Below, in pieces: positions 39,440-50,765 of a DNA stretch of 64,000 bases (its first letter is position 1; every line of letters starts with the position of its first letter). The notes under the pieces are model-generated. The model was not told the DNA's origin, did not search any database, and saw only the letters and a program-made list of their open reading frames with translations. Source of the DNA: Syntrophorhabdaceae bacterium (GTDB lineage Bacteria > Desulfobacterota > Syntrophorhabdia > Syntrophorhabdales > Syntrophorhabdaceae); contig CAXXUO010000002.1 in assembly GCA_963666485.2 (NCBI GenBank), forward strand, positions 448,001 to 512,000, in the 5' to 3' direction. Made by a program: the position numbers and the translations under genes.

Positions 39440-41029
39440 TTAAAACCGGTACTCAATACCCAGTCCATAGATTTCACGGGTATAATCGTATAAATCTATG
39501 TTCGATTTATTCCTCCAGTAATTATACTGCAGAACAAGATCGGTATTCTTGTAAATGCCGTAGAGAAGGGCAAAATTGAAGCTGTAAATCTCATCCCGTC
39601 TTGTATCGCCAAAATAGGTATTGTCGTACTTGTAATTTACGAAAGCCGCGTCCAGTGAACCCTGGGCCCTTAACGTGCCTATTATCGGGTATAGCGCATC
39701 GACACCGAACCGGTTTTCAGTATTCACCCAGTTGCGCCCTATCGTATCGTCCTGGGCATACAGGTATCTCAGGGTCACGAATGCTTTGCTGTCTTTGAAG
39801 GTATACGTCCAGCCAAGGCTCCCGGAATAACGGTTCCCGCTTCGGTCCTCACCGTCGGGAGGCTCCGGGTGCAGTTCGGTATCGAAGTATTTCTTACGCA
39901 TGTACCCGACGCTTACCTCGCCGTAACTGTTTGGCGTGGTAATGAACCTGAACGTCGGGGTTACAGATTTTGCTTCAAGATAACGCGTCTGGTTCCACCA
40001 GTTCAACTCCTGGTAAAACATGTTCCCTTTTACACCCTGGAGACTGACATAGGAATATGTAAGCGGTATACTGAATCCGAAGCGGTCCCATGAGTAGCCG
40101 GGAACAACGCTGAAGGTGTTCGTCATGTTGTTATACTCGGTCAAGTTGCCCCGCGACCCGTCGGCCCGGTTATACATCTTGCCGAGATACCGGTCGGTAT
40201 AGAACGAATAATATGCCGAAAGACTGAACGGTGTTTTGTAAGAAAATGGCGCGGTATAACCAATCCTGGCACCGAAATTAAGGGCGCTGTCCGCCTGCCC
40301 CGACATGAGGTCGGTCATGGGGCCGGCCCCTACAATCGGCACGTTCGTATCGTACTTGTATCCCGTACCGACAGCGAACCGCCAGACCTTTTCGCGTTCC
40401 GCCCTGTCGGCGACCTGTTTCTCGTAGTCCCGTGCGTATAATGCCGCGTCCGTCGCGGGATCGAGGTTGATCGTTGCGCGCAGGCGCGACTGGGCTTCCT
40501 TATATTTCCCCTGTTCCGTGTATATGCCGGCGATCTGAAGCTCGGCCTGCTGTGATAATTTAGGGTCAAGTTTTTTGGCCGTCTCAAACGACTGGATCGC
40601 CTCATCGGGCTTTTTTGCCTTGGCAAAAACCATGCCTTTCAGGAAATTGAAGCGGGCCGTATTTATTCCTCCCTTATCACCAACCTCGATCCACTTTTGA
40701 GCCTCTGCCAGGTTGCCCGTATGGTACAGGACATCGACGAGCTCAACGACGGCGTCATCGATGCGTGGAGTTAAGGTCGCGGCATCCCTGAAATAGGGAA
40801 TTGCCTCATTGTATTTTTCCATAACCTTATATGTGAGGCCGATCTGATAGGCTATCCGGGACGATGTCCTGTCCGCTTCTCTCGCTTTAAGGAAATACGC
40901 CAGGGCCTCTTCGTAATTCTCCTGTTGGAGTTCCTTGAGGCCCTCATCAAAGGCAGTCTGGGCGCGCAGGCAAGGAACCAGTGTAAACAGGAGAATAGCG
41001 GCCAGGGAAATCATGGCTATTTTTTTCAT
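39440..41029 (-). CDS. TPR + outer-membrane beta-barrel protein, Slam/DUF560 (T11SS)-like
   Basis: Signal peptide, several TPRs, YKYDTN barrel start, C-terminus NKSNIDLYDYTREIYGLGIEYRF. Confidence 0.8.
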   Translation of the reverse strand: MKKIAMISLAAILLFTLVPCLRAQTAFDEGLKELQQENYEEALAYFLKAREADRTSSRIAYQIGLTYKVMEKYNEAIPYFRDAATLTPRIDDAVVELVDVLYHTGNLAEAQKWIEVGDKGGINTARFNFLKGMVFAKAKKPDEAIQSFETAKKLDPKLSQQAELQIAGIYTEQGKYKEAQSRLRATINLDPATDAALYARDYEKQVADRAEREKVWRFAVGTGYKYDTNVPIVGAGPMTDLMSGQADSALNFGARIGYTAPFSYKTPFSLSAYYSFYTDRYLGKMYNRADGSRGNLTEYNNMTNTFSVVPGYSWDRFGFSIPLTYSYVSLQGVKGNMFYQELNWWNQTRYLEAKSVTPTFRFITTPNSYGEVSVGYMRKKYFDTELHPEPPDGEDRSGNRYSGSLGWTYTFKDSKAFVTLRYLYAQDDTIGRNWVNTENRFGVDALYPIIGTLRAQGSLDAAFVNYKYDNTYFGDTRRDEIYSFNFALLYGIYKNTDLVLQYNYWRNKSNIDLYDYTREIYGLGIEYRF

Positions 41030-41145
41030 GGAACCCCCGTTTAGCCAGTAAATTATTGTTGGTATTAAAAGCTTTTAACAAATCTTTACCTGGTTGGCAA
41101 GGGAAATAGTAGGGAAATCGCTGAAAAAAAACCGCAACGGGAAAT

Positions 41146-41913
41146 TCAGACCGTGAGCGTCTCGTCCTGCTTCAATATTCGTATGTTACCCCTGCCTGAC
41201 CGGGTAAATTCCCGGACGATCTCCCTGCCGAATATCGGCTTGATGTGGGTGACATAAAAAATTCTGTCACTAAGGTCATAGCGATCAATCGTTTCCATGA
41301 GGATCGACGGGGTCATATGCCCTGATATCAACGCGAGGTCTTTCAGGCGGTCCGGGAATGAAACATCCGCGATAATAAAACGAATGTCCTTTTCATCGCG
41401 GGCAAACTCCCAGAACCTCTTCGTCGGCCCCGTATCCGCGGTGAACATGAACCCCTGGCCATCGGGCTGCCGCACCACGTATCCCACCGTGTAGACGGTA
41501 TGGGTCATGAGGATAGGTTTTACTGTGATGCCGTCCAGGTCTGATAACTTTTCGAGGGGTATATCCCGCAGCTTTATTATCGCGTCCATCGCGGAGGGGA
41601 TGACGGTAAAGTCAGGCCATATCAGGTTGTTAAGCAGGTTGTTGGTTATGATATCGAGAACACGGGCGGCACTGACGAGCTCGATGCTGTGCCCTCCCAT
41701 CATGGCAAGTTCATCAACGAGCGGGAAAAGCCCTTTGAGGTGGTCCATGTGGGTATGGGTAACCAGGATGTGCCTTATTTCCAGGAGATCTTTCCGGCGG
41801 ATCGAGTCCGTGGTTGTCCCTGCGTCGATAAGCAGGGACCTGTCAATCAGAAAACAGGTCGTCCTATGTCTGCCGACATAATTGCCGGAACAGCCTAGGA
41901 TTTTTATGTTCAT
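41146..41913 (-). CDS. 3',5'-cyclic nucleotide phosphodiesterase, MBL fold (class II-like)
   Basis: IKILGCSG, LIDAG, THTHMDH, HTV, TADTG, DVSFP, GHMTP, THIKP. Confidence 0.85.
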   Translation of the reverse strand: MNIKILGCSGNYVGRHRTTCFLIDRSLLIDAGTTTDSIRRKDLLEIRHILVTHTHMDHLKGLFPLVDELAMMGGHSIELVSAARVLDIITNNLLNNLIWPDFTVIPSAMDAIIKLRDIPLEKLSDLDGITVKPILMTHTVYTVGYVVRQPDGQGFMFTADTGPTKRFWEFARDEKDIRFIIADVSFPDRLKDLALISGHMTPSILMETIDRYDLSDRIFYVTHIKPIFGREIVREFTRSGRGNIRILKQDETLTV

Positions 41914-42078
41914 TAGCTGATTGTACGTGATGCCCTGCAAACGTGTCAAGACATTGTAATCAATAATGTAAAACCCGCAAGATTGCGAAACGATATATTT
42001 TGGCAACTATCACTTGACGGTGCCAGCCGAAAGCATTATATTACTGAGACTTAGAAACATTTTTGTTGGAGGAACACC

Positions 42079-42399
42079 ATGCCTATCTATGAATACCAGT
42101 GTACGGACTGTGGAAAAACGTTCGAGATCTTCCAGAAGATAAGCGATGAACCACTTACCGAATGCAAGGTATGCAAGGGACGGCTTACAAAGCTTATCTC
42201 GAATTGTGCGTTTCATCTCAAGGGAACCGGTTGGTACGTGACCGACTACAAGAAACCTGTTGATACCGCAGGCAGGAACGGCAGCAGCAAGCCCGTCGAA
42301 AAGACCGAAAGCACCCCTGCTCCGGTACCCGAGGCAAAGACCGAAACAAAGACCGAATCCACCACAGCTACATCGACTGCCGCAGGAGGCGCAGCATGA
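42079..42399 (+). CDS. FmdB-family zinc-ribbon regulatory protein
   Basis: [12 protein letters not shown]...CKVC...[13 protein letters not shown]; promoter TTGACG-17-TATATT at 42014-42042. Confidence 0.92.
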   Translation: MPIYEYQCTDCGKTFEIFQKISDEPLTECKVCKGRLTKLISNCAFHLKGTGWYVTDYKKPVDTAGRNGSSKPVEKTESTPAPVPEAKTETKTESTTATSTAAGGAA

Positions 42400-42548
42400 C
42401 AAAAGGCGATAAAGTGACATTCCCGTTCGGAAAAAAGACCATGGAAGGTACCGTGGAGCAGGTCAACCAGAAGACCGTCTACCTAAGGGCCGACTTCCCG
42501 AAACAGAAGGGGAAATTGGTTATCAGGAAGATAAAAGACGTCAAGTAA
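42396..42548 (+). CDS. Small 50-aa hypothetical protein (SH3/KOW-like), absent from the ORF track
   Basis: RBS AGGAGG, ATGA overlap; [50 protein letters not shown]. Confidence 0.8.
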   Translation: MTKGDKVTFPFGKKTMEGTVEQVNQKTVYLRADFPKQKGKLVIRKIKDVK

Positions 42549-42553
42549 AAACC

Positions 42554-42669
42554 GGTTCAAGGTTCCAAGTTCAAGGTTCAAGGCAAAAAAATAACCCTCA
42601 TTTCATGTCGCTGTAATGAGGGTTATTTTTTGTTTTTAACTTTGAACCTTGAACTTTGAACCTTGAACC
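42554..42669. terminator. Bidirectional terminator flanked by inverted heptamer arrays
   Basis: (GGTTCAA) x about 4, AAAAAAATAACCCTCATT...AATGAGGGTTATTTTTT, (TTGAACY) x about 5. Confidence 0.85.
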
Positions 42670-42674
42670 ATTTT

Positions 42675-45600
42675 TTAGTAGTAATCTTGGAGCGCCCGCA
42701 CCCTTAGCGTCCCGTTTTTCATCGCTTCGATGGCGTTGACCACTGCCTGCGCGCCTGAGAGTGTCGTGGTGTACGGGATCTTGTGCTGTACGGCACCGGA
42801 GCGGATCGCAACCTCATCGACTTTCGGGTTTCTCCCGCTCGGGGTGTTTATTATATATTGGATCTGGCCGTTCTTGATCATATCGACGATGTGCGGCCTG
42901 CCTTCGGATACCTTGTTCACGAATTTCACGTCTATGCCGTTGTTTACAAGTGCCTTGCCCGTACCTTTCGTGGCACATATACTGAAACCGAGGTCCGACA
43001 GTTTCTTGGCGATGAAGACGATGTTCCGCTTGTCCTTGTTCTTGACGCTCAAGAACACGGTCCCCTCGGACGGGAGGTCCTGACCGGCTGCAAGCTGGGA
43101 TTTCCAGAAGGCCATGCCGAAATTCTCGTCAATCCCCATTACCTCGCCCGTGGATTTCATCTCGGGGCCGAGTATCGTATCGACCCCGCTGAACTTGTTG
43201 AAGGGGAAAACCGATTCTTTCACGGCCATATGTTTCGGGACACGCTCTTTCTCTATTCCGAGGTCCTTCAAGGTCTTGCCAACCATCAATTTGGCGGCCA
43301 CCTTCGCCCACTGGACCCCCGTTGCCTTGCTCACGAACGGAACGGTCCGGCTTGCCCGCGGGTTTACCTCGAGGACGTAGATCATGTCGTCCTTTACCGC
43401 ATACTGGATATTCATCAGGCCGACGACGTTCAAACCCCTGGCGAGGCGATGGGTATAATCGCGGATCCGCTCGAGGACCCTGTCATCGAGGGAATAAGGA
43501 GGGAGCGCCGATGCGCTGTCCCCCGAATGGATGCCGGCCTCTTCTATGTGTTCCATGATCCCGGCGACCACGCACTGGTCCCCGTCAGCCACCGCATCGA
43601 CATCGATCTCGATAGCCTCTTCGAGGAATTTATCGATGAGGATAGGCTTTTCGGGTGACGCCTCCACGGCCCGCTCCATGAAAGACGCAAGGTCTTCGTC
43701 ATTGTACACGATCTCCATCGCCCTCCCGCCAAGCACGTAGGACGGCCTCACGACAACCGGGAAACCGATGGACGCGGCTATCTTCCGGGCTTGTTCAAAA
43801 GACGTCGCGATCCCGTTCTCGGGCTGGCGGAGGTCAAGCTTCTTGAGGAGCCTCTTGAACTTGTCCCTGTCTTCCGCTACGTCGATACTTTCCGGCGTCG
43901 TTCCAATGATCTTGGCCCCGGCTTTTTTCAGAGCTGTCGCCAGGTTGAGCGGTGTCTGCCCGCCGAACTGCACGATAACCCCGTCCGGTTTTTCCGTGTT
44001 CGCTATATCGAGGACATTCTCGAGGGTCAAAGGTTCGAAGTACAGTTTGTCCGACGTGTCGTAATCCGTGCTCACGGTCTCCGGGTTGCTGTTGACCATG
44101 ATGGTCTCGAAACCCAGCTCCTCGAGGGCAAAGGCGGCGTGCACGCAGCAATAATCGAACTCGATACCCTGCCCTATCCTGTTCGGGCCCCCGCCGAGGA
44201 TCATGATCTTTTTCCTGTCGGACACGCGCGATTCATCCTCGATCTCATAGGTCGAATAAAAATAGGGCGTATAGGCCTCAAATTCCGCCGCGCACGTATC
44301 GACAAGCTTGAAAACGCTTGTGAGCCCCATGCGCTTCCTCAGGTCCCTTATCTCCTGCTCGCCGGTCCCCGTTATTTCGGCTATTTGCCTGTCGGAATAA
44401 CCGAGCCGTTTGGCCTTCCTGAGGGTCTCGAATGAAAGAATGTCATCACTGCCGGGCTGTCGGGCGATATTCTTTTCCAATTCTTCCTCAAAGAGAACTA
44501 TCTCTTCGATATTCTTGAGGAACCACCGGTCAATCTTCGTTATCTCGTAAATCTCGTCTATATTCATACCAAGGCGGAACGCGTGCCGCATGTAGAACAT
44601 CCGCTCCGCATTCGGGACGATCAGCTTCTTCCGGACATGATTGAGGTCATCCTTCCCTGCAAGCTTTTCATGGACGAGGCCCGACCTGCCTACCTCGAGC
44701 GAGCGCAAACCTTTCTGGAATGCCTCCTTGAACGTCCTCCCGATAGCCATGGCCTCGCCGACCGATTTCATCGCGACCGTCAGCGTCTCGTCCGCATCCC
44801 TGAATTTTTCAAAGGTGAACCGCGGGATCTTCACAACACAGTAATCTATGGTCGGCTCGAACGAGGCCGGGGTCTGCTTTGTAATGTCGTTCGGTATCTC
44901 GTCGAGCGAGTATCCTACGGCAAGCTTTGCCGCTATCTTGGCGATAGGGAACCCTGTCGCCTTCGATGCGAGGGCGGAGCTTCTCGATACCCTCGGGTTC
45001 ATCTCGATAACGACTATCCTGCCGTTGTCCGGGTCGACCGCGAACTGGATGTTGGAACCGCCCGTCTCGACACCGATCTCGCGGATGATCTTGATAGACG
45101 CATCGCGCATGACCTGGTATTCCTTGTCGGTGAGGGTCTGGGCCGGCGCGACCGTGATGCTGTCGCCGGTGTGGATCCCCATGGGGTCAAGGTTCTCGAT
45201 GGAGCAGATGATGACCACGTTGTCGTTGCGGTCCCGCATGACTTCGAGCTCAAACTCCTTCCATCCGATAACCGATTCCTCGATAAGGATCTCGGTGATA
45301 AGGGAGCTTTCAAGGCCCTTCTGGGCGAGGGATTCGAACTCTTCCATGTTGTAGGCAACCGACGCGCCTGTACCGCCAAGAGTAAAACTGGGACGGATGA
45401 TAAGGGGGAAGCCGATCTCGCGGGAGACTTTACGGGCATCTTCCATCGTATAAGCAAGGCCGCTTCGCGGGACTTCGAGGCCTATTTTTTCGATGGCCTC
45501 CTTGAATTCCTCGCGGTCCTCCGCCTTTTTTATCGCTTTATAATCGGCGCCGATAAGCTCGACACCATATTTTTCCAGAATGCCCCGTTCCGAGAGTATC

Positions 45601-45899
45601 GTCGCGAGATTAAGCCCCGTCTGCCCGCCGAGGGTCGGAAGGATCACGTCCGGTTTCTCCGCCTTTATTATCTCTTCGATAACCTCGGGTATGAGCGGTT
45701 CGACGTACACCCTGTCAGCCATGTCGGGGTCGGTCATGATCGTGGCCGGGTTCGAATTAACGAGAACGACCCGGTACCCCTCTTCACGGATCGCCTTGCA
45801 GGCCTGGCTTCCCGAATAGTCGAATTCGCACGCCTGGCCTATGACGATCGGGCCCGACCCGATGATGAGCACGCTCTTTATGTCTGTTCTTTTAGGCAT
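42675..45899 (-). CDS. carB: Carbamoyl-phosphate synthase large subunit
   Basis: [18 protein letters not shown], two ATP-grasp halves, MGS domain. Confidence 0.98.
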   Translation of the reverse strand: MPKRTDIKSVLIIGSGPIVIGQACEFDYSGSQACKAIREEGYRVVLVNSNPATIMTDPDMADRVYVEPLIPEVIEEIIKAEKPDVILPTLGGQTGLNLATILSERGILEKYGVELIGADYKAIKKAEDREEFKEAIEKIGLEVPRSGLAYTMEDARKVSREIGFPLIIRPSFTLGGTGASVAYNMEEFESLAQKGLESSLITEILIEESVIGWKEFELEVMRDRNDNVVIICSIENLDPMGIHTGDSITVAPAQTLTDKEYQVMRDASIKIIREIGVETGGSNIQFAVDPDNGRIVVIEMNPRVSRSSALASKATGFPIAKIAAKLAVGYSLDEIPNDITKQTPASFEPTIDYCVVKIPRFTFEKFRDADETLTVAMKSVGEAMAIGRTFKEAFQKGLRSLEVGRSGLVHEKLAGKDDLNHVRKKLIVPNAERMFYMRHAFRLGMNIDEIYEITKIDRWFLKNIEEIVLFEEELEKNIARQPGSDDILSFETLRKAKRLGYSDRQIAEITGTGEQEIRDLRKRMGLTSVFKLVDTCAAEFEAYTPYFYSTYEIEDESRVSDRKKIMILGGGPNRIGQGIEFDYCCVHAAFALEELGFETIMVNSNPETVSTDYDTSDKLYFEPLTLENVLDIANTEKPDGVIVQFGGQTPLNLATALKKAGAKIIGTTPESIDVAEDRDKFKRLLKKLDLRQPENGIATSFEQARKIAASIGFPVVVRPSYVLGGRAMEIVYNDEDLASFMERAVEASPEKPILIDKFLEEAIEIDVDAVADGDQCVVAGIMEHIEEAGIHSGDSASALPPYSLDDRVLERIRDYTHRLARGLNVVGLMNIQYAVKDDMIYVLEVNPRASRTVPFVSKATGVQWAKVAAKLMVGKTLKDLGIEKERVPKHMAVKESVFPFNKFSGVDTILGPEMKSTGEVMGIDENFGMAFWKSQLAAGQDLPSEGTVFLSVKNKDKRNIVFIAKKLSDLGFSICATKGTGKALVNNGIDVKFVNKVSEGRPHIVDMIKNGQIQYIINTPSGRNPKVDEVAIRSGAVQHKIPYTTTLSGAQAVVNAIEAMKNGTLRVRALQDYY

Positions 45900-46998
45900 T
45901 GCCTGTCCTCTTGAAAGAATCCATCATGGCCCTGAATTTCTCGAACAGGCCATACGCGTCGTGCGGTCCCGGGGATGCCTCGGGATGATACTGCACCGAG
46001 AATATCGGGTGGGTCTCGTGTTCGATGCCTTCGACGGTCCCGTCGTTCAAATTCACGTGGGTGACACGGACAGCCTCACCCCTTATCGAATCCATGTCCA
46101 CGGCGAAACCGTGGTTCTCGGATGTTATGTGTATCCTGCCCGTATTCAGGTCCTTGATCGGCTGGTTTGCCCCGCGATGGCCGAACTTGAGCTTGTAGGT
46201 CTTCCCCCCGTAGGCAAGGCCCAACAGCTGCTGGCCAAGGCATATCCCGAAGATGGGCACCCGTCCGAACAGCCCGCGTATCTCGGGTATCGCGTACCCG
46301 ACCGCCTCAGGGTCGCCCGGGCCGTTCGACAGAAGGACCCCGTCAGGTTTCAGACCAATAATATCCGTAGCCGAGGTACTGGCCGGCACGACGGTGACGC
46401 GGCACCCGATCTGGCGCAGGATCCTCAAGATATTCCGTTTCACACCGAAATCCATGACCACGCAATGGAGGGGCTTCACCTCTTTGCCGCCACCATCGAA
46501 CTCATACACGGACGGGCATGTAACCTCGCTCACGAGGTCCACCCCGACGATGCCGCGTGATCCCTTCGCCTTTTTCACGAGGCTTTCCGGGTCGTGATCG
46601 GCGGTTGATATGATCCCCCGCATCACGCCGCGGACCCTCAAATGCCGGGTAAGGGCCCTCGTGTCGATCTCTTCGACCGCGATGATATTGTGTTTCCTGA
46701 AATAGTCGCCGAGGTCCCCGGCAGCCCTCCAGTTGCTGGTTATCTTCGAAAATTCCCGGGATATAAATCCTTCGACTTTGGGAGCATCGGATTCAACATC
46801 CTCGGCGTTGATGCCGTAATTGCCGATGAGCGGATAGGTCATCGTCACGATCTGGCCCTTGTACGACGGGTCTGTCATGATCTCCTGGTAGCCGGTCATG
46901 CTCGTATTGAAGACGATCTCGCCTTCTTTTTCGCCTTCGAGGCCGAATCCGACCCCTTCGAATATGGTGCCGTCCTCGAGCGCTACAAATGCTTTCAT
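45892..46998 (-). CDS. carA: Carbamoyl-phosphate synthase small subunit
   Basis: [32 protein letters not shown]. Confidence 0.97.
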   Translation of the reverse strand: MKAFVALEDGTIFEGVGFGLEGEKEGEIVFNTSMTGYQEIMTDPSYKGQIVTMTYPLIGNYGINAEDVESDAPKVEGFISREFSKITSNWRAAGDLGDYFRKHNIIAVEEIDTRALTRHLRVRGVMRGIISTADHDPESLVKKAKGSRGIVGVDLVSEVTCPSVYEFDGGGKEVKPLHCVVMDFGVKRNILRILRQIGCRVTVVPASTSATDIIGLKPDGVLLSNGPGDPEAVGYAIPEIRGLFGRVPIFGICLGQQLLGLAYGGKTYKLKFGHRGANQPIKDLNTGRIHITSENHGFAVDMDSIRGEAVRVTHVNLNDGTVEGIEHETHPIFSVQYHPEASPGPHDAYGLFEKFRAMMDSFKRTGNA

Positions 46999-47669
46999 TG
47001 ATGTCCCCTGCACATTTTTACGCACATGCCGCATATATGGTGACCGATGTTCCTTTCCTTCCGGAACCTGTTCAGCATATCGTAGCACCCGTAATGATCG
47101 AATTCACTCCTGTTATCCTTGATCGCACCGGCAGGGCATCCCGCGATGCAGGCGCGGCATTCACCGCAATCTTCGCCAAGCTCGTCGCCGGCCTCGAGGG
47201 GCATGTCGGTTAAAACCGTACTGTAGCGCGCGCCCGAGCCGAAGCGCGGGTTGACGAGAAGATTGTTTCGCCCTATCCAACCGAGCCCTGCCATGACCCC
47301 TATTCTTTTATGGTTGATGTGCCCCCTCTGGTTCTTCCAGTCAACCACCTGGGACGCGGCAAACGGGACTGCCCGGAAACCTTCCCTTTCGATCGCCCGC
47401 CCGAGAAAGTACCCGATCATGTCGAGCCTGTAATTGAGCTGACGGTAATGATGCAGATAAAGCTGGGTAGGACCGTCCTCAAGCGTATCGAGGACCCCTC
47501 CCGACAGGACAAGGCCGAAGGATACCGCGCAGGGCAGATCGTTAACCGTGAGGCTGCCGATACCGGTCACCTCTTCACCGTAGCCGGACATGCCGGCAAT
47601 ACCGAAGAGATCGACATCGAGTTCGTGCAGCCATTTTTCAATCTTTTCGTTATTGCCCACCGACAGCAC
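46995..47669 (-). CDS. QueG-like (epoxyqueuosine reductase family) 2x[4Fe-4S] protein
   Basis: AGLGWIGRNNLL, CGECRACIAGCP, CGMCVKMC. Confidence 0.75.
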   Translation of the reverse strand: MLSVGNNEKIEKWLHELDVDLFGIAGMSGYGEEVTGIGSLTVNDLPCAVSFGLVLSGGVLDTLEDGPTQLYLHHYRQLNYRLDMIGYFLGRAIEREGFRAVPFAASQVVDWKNQRGHINHKRIGVMAGLGWIGRNNLLVNPRFGSGARYSTVLTDMPLEAGDELGEDCGECRACIAGCPAGAIKDNRSEFDHYGCYDMLNRFRKERNIGHHICGMCVKMCRGHQ

Positions 47670-47681
47670 TCCTCATCAGGT

Positions 47682-49544
47682 TTACGTCAATCCCGTTTTC
47701 TTAAAATGGACCATCAGGGCGGTGATCGAAGCGGGAGTCACTCCCGGTATACGGGACGCCTGTCCCAGGGTCAGGGGCTTAACCCGCGAGAAACGTTCGA
47801 CGACTTCCCGGGAAAGGCCTGAAACCTGGCCATAATCAAGCTCACGCGGTATGCGCCGGTCATCGAGCTTTTTCGCCCGGGCTACCATTTCCTGCTGGCG
47901 GTCCGTATAGCCCCGGTATTTTACATCAATTTCGATCTGATACGCCACATCATTGTCAATATCCGCAACCCGCGCATCGATATTTTTCAGCATACCCAGC
48001 GTGACGCCCGGCTTCCTGAGCAGGTCTTCCAGTGTCGCAGGGTTCGTGATCCCCTCGATGCCATGGTCCTGAAGCAGTTGTTTGGTCGCCTTTGTCGGCT
48101 TGAGGCGGATGCCTTTAAGCAGGCCGAATGCCTCGTCTATCTTTTTTTTCTTTTCTCTGACCTTTTTATAGCGCTCTTCTCCGACGATCCCCAGGCTGTG
48201 TCCTTTTTCCGTGAGCCTCAGGTCGGCATTATCTTCCCGCAAAAGGAGCCTGTGCTCCGCCCTCGAGGTAAACATCCTGTACGGTTCATCCACGCCTTTC
48301 GTGACGAGGTCGTCGATCATGACCCCTATATACGCCTCGTTGCGTCCGAGAATGAATTCGCTGTCACCCCGGACCTTCAAGGAAGCGTTGATGCCCGCCA
48401 TCATCCCCTGCGCAGCCGCCTCTTCATAGCCGGTCGTCCCGTTTATCTGTCCTGCCAGGTAGAGATTGGCGACCCGCTTGGTCTCAAGCGTCGGGTATAA
48501 CTGCGTCGGAAACACAAAATCGTATTCAATGCCATAGCCGGGCCGTACGATCTTCGCATTCTCGAGCCCGTCGATGGTCTTGAGCATCGCGGTCTGAATG
48601 TCGAGAGGCAGGCTTGTCGATAGGCCGTTGGGGTAATACTCGATAGTATCGAGGCCTTCCGGCTCGATAAAGATGCGATGCCTCGTCCTTTCGCTGAACC
48701 GTACGATCTTGTCTTCGATCGAGGGGCAATACCGTACGCCCGTTCCTTTGATGACGCCCGTAAAAAGGGGAGAGCGGTCAAACCCGGTCCTGATCACATC
48801 GTGCGTCCCTTCGTTCGTGTAGGCGAGATAACACGGGACCAGCCGGTTCGTTATCCTGTCGGTCATAAAAGAGAAGGGAACCGGGGGGTCATCGCTCACC
48901 TGCGGCGCCATACGGGAAAAATCTATTGTCCGGCCATCGAGCCTCGGGCACGTCCCCGTTTTTAACCTGCCGATTTCAAACCCCATCTCGCGCAGGCTGT
49001 CCGAAAGTCCGTTCGACGGAAGATCACCAAGCCGTCCGCCTTCAAAATGTTCGAGCCCAACATGGATAAGCCCATTGAGAAAGGTCCCGGTCGTGAGAAT
49101 GACGGCCTTTGCCCAAAAATGCTCCCCCATCATGGTCTCGATCCCGGCAACCGCACCGTTCTCGACTATCAGGCGCCGGACGGTCCCCTGCCTGATCGCG
49201 AGGTTTTGCGTCTCTTCGAGCCTGCGTTTCATCCGCCGGGCGTAACGCGCCATATCGGCCTGGACCCGGGTTGCCCGGACCGCGGGGCCTTTTTTCATGT
49301 TCAGCACCTTGAACTGGATCCCGGCGGCATCCGTGTTGAGGGCCATTTCACCGTCAAGGGCGTCTATCTCCCTGACAAGGTGGCCTTTCCCAAGCCCCCC
49401 GACGGCGGGATTGCAGGACATGAACGCAATATGGTCGACATTCATCGTAAGGAGAAGCGGCCGCGCACCCATGCGTGCGGCAGCAAATGCGGCCTCGCAT
49501 CCTGCATGGCCGGCACCTGCTATAATAATGTCAAATTTGTCCAT
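47682..49544 (-). CDS. mnmG: tRNA uridine-5-carboxymethylaminomethyl modification enzyme
   Basis: [45 protein letters not shown]. Confidence 0.97.
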   Translation of the reverse strand: MDKFDIIIAGAGHAGCEAAFAAARMGARPLLLTMNVDHIAFMSCNPAVGGLGKGHLVREIDALDGEMALNTDAAGIQFKVLNMKKGPAVRATRVQADMARYARRMKRRLEETQNLAIRQGTVRRLIVENGAVAGIETMMGEHFWAKAVILTTGTFLNGLIHVGLEHFEGGRLGDLPSNGLSDSLREMGFEIGRLKTGTCPRLDGRTIDFSRMAPQVSDDPPVPFSFMTDRITNRLVPCYLAYTNEGTHDVIRTGFDRSPLFTGVIKGTGVRYCPSIEDKIVRFSERTRHRIFIEPEGLDTIEYYPNGLSTSLPLDIQTAMLKTIDGLENAKIVRPGYGIEYDFVFPTQLYPTLETKRVANLYLAGQINGTTGYEEAAAQGMMAGINASLKVRGDSEFILGRNEAYIGVMIDDLVTKGVDEPYRMFTSRAEHRLLLREDNADLRLTEKGHSLGIVGEERYKKVREKKKKIDEAFGLLKGIRLKPTKATKQLLQDHGIEGITNPATLEDLLRKPGVTLGMLKNIDARVADIDNDVAYQIEIDVKYRGYTDRQQEMVARAKKLDDRRIPRELDYGQVSGLSREVVERFSRVKPLTLGQASRIPGVTPASITALMVHFKKTGLT

Positions 49545-49766
49545 TGCGTACGTCCGAAGGCCGTATATTGTAGCAGGATTCACGATGGTTTTCCACCTCT
49601 GACGCAAAATACGTATTCTATTATTAATATTCATGATATCATGGCCAGAGAGCTTCCCGGCAGGCCGCCTTGCATTCGTCCGGCACGGGCCAAAAGGTAC
49701 AATAATGTTGCATTTCCGGTCCCGGTGATTATTTTTTGATAAAGCCTTACCCGAAAGGAGGAAGAA

Positions 49767-50024
49767 ATGGAGGAGAAAAAGATCGGAACTGTCGCAGTAT
49801 ATTTCGCGAAGATCGGCGTTGCCGCGATAAAAGTCACCGATGGGGAATTGAAGATCGGGGACAGGATCAAGATAAAGGGGCATTCCACCGATCTCGAGGA
49901 GACCATCGAGTCCATGCAGGTCGAGCATAAGAATGTAGACAAAGCCACCCCCGGGATGGATGTTGGGCTCAAGGTCAAAGAGAGGGTGCGCGAACACGAT
50001 GTCGTTTACGTAATAACGGAATAA
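49767..50024 (+). CDS. Small EF-Tu domain-2-like beta-barrel protein
   Basis: [45 protein letters not shown]. Confidence 0.8.
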   Translation: MEEKKIGTVAVYFAKIGVAAIKVTDGELKIGDRIKIKGHSTDLEETIESMQVEHKNVDKATPGMDVGLKVKERVREHDVVYVITE

Positions 50025-50171
50025 AGCAGGCGGTAGACCATAGTCTCCAGGCGATAGGTAATGATTTTCCGTTAGCCTTTCGCCGTTAGCCGTTAGCCAT
50101 ATTCATTACCTGTTGCCTATTCCCTTTTATATGCTATATATATCGTCAGAGACCCTAATAATTAGGGAGGG

Positions 50172-50762
50172 ATGACGATGGATGAAAAAGAGTTGATGTG
50201 GCGTTTCAGGGACGTTTTTGAAACGACGACCCCGATACTCGAAGAGTTGGAAAAAGGTTTTTTTTCTCAGCAGGCACGAAGCATCCAGGAATGCGAGAAA
50301 AAATTCGGAGATCTTCTTATCTCCCGTGTCCCTTACGTCGAGAAGATCATCGGGGAAAAACAGAAGACCGAGGCCGACATGACCTATGTCCGGCTCCTGC
50401 CCGCGCTTCAGACGATCGCACTCGCCATCGAGAACCTGATGTATAAAATGGAATCCAAGATCGTATCCAATATACTCTTCAGCGAAAAGGCCCTTTCGGA
50501 GATCAGGAACCTTTTTCATATCATGAAGGAACAATTCAGGGACACCAGGGATTATGTCATGACCGGGAACCCGGCATTGAAGGACGCGGTCGCAATGCAT
50601 ATGGAGCATATGTTCAGGATGATCGAAGAACATGCGATAGTTCACCAGAACCGGCTTATCACGGGTATATGCATGCCGCAGGCGTCGTATATCTACCTCG
50701 ATATAACCGATTCTTTAAAGAGGATAGCGCGCGGACTGACCGACTTCGTCAGCAAGGTTTGA
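50172..50762 (+). CDS. PhoU-like helical protein
   Basis: RBS GGAGGG; FSEKA..EI, HQNRL..G.C...AS.IYLDI pattern of PhoU/NptA C-terminal domains. Confidence 0.7.
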   Translation: MTMDEKELMWRFRDVFETTTPILEELEKGFFSQQARSIQECEKKFGDLLISRVPYVEKIIGEKQKTEADMTYVRLLPALQTIALAIENLMYKMESKIVSNILFSEKALSEIRNLFHIMKEQFRDTRDYVMTGNPALKDAVAMHMEHMFRMIEEHAIVHQNRLITGICMPQASYIYLDITDSLKRIARGLTDFVSKV

Positions 50763-50765
50763 TCA

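Noticed and set aside
49545..49997. 151-aa N-terminal extension of mnmG
   Set aside because: It overlaps a real opposite-strand gene (49767..50024); the family N-terminus starts at 49544.
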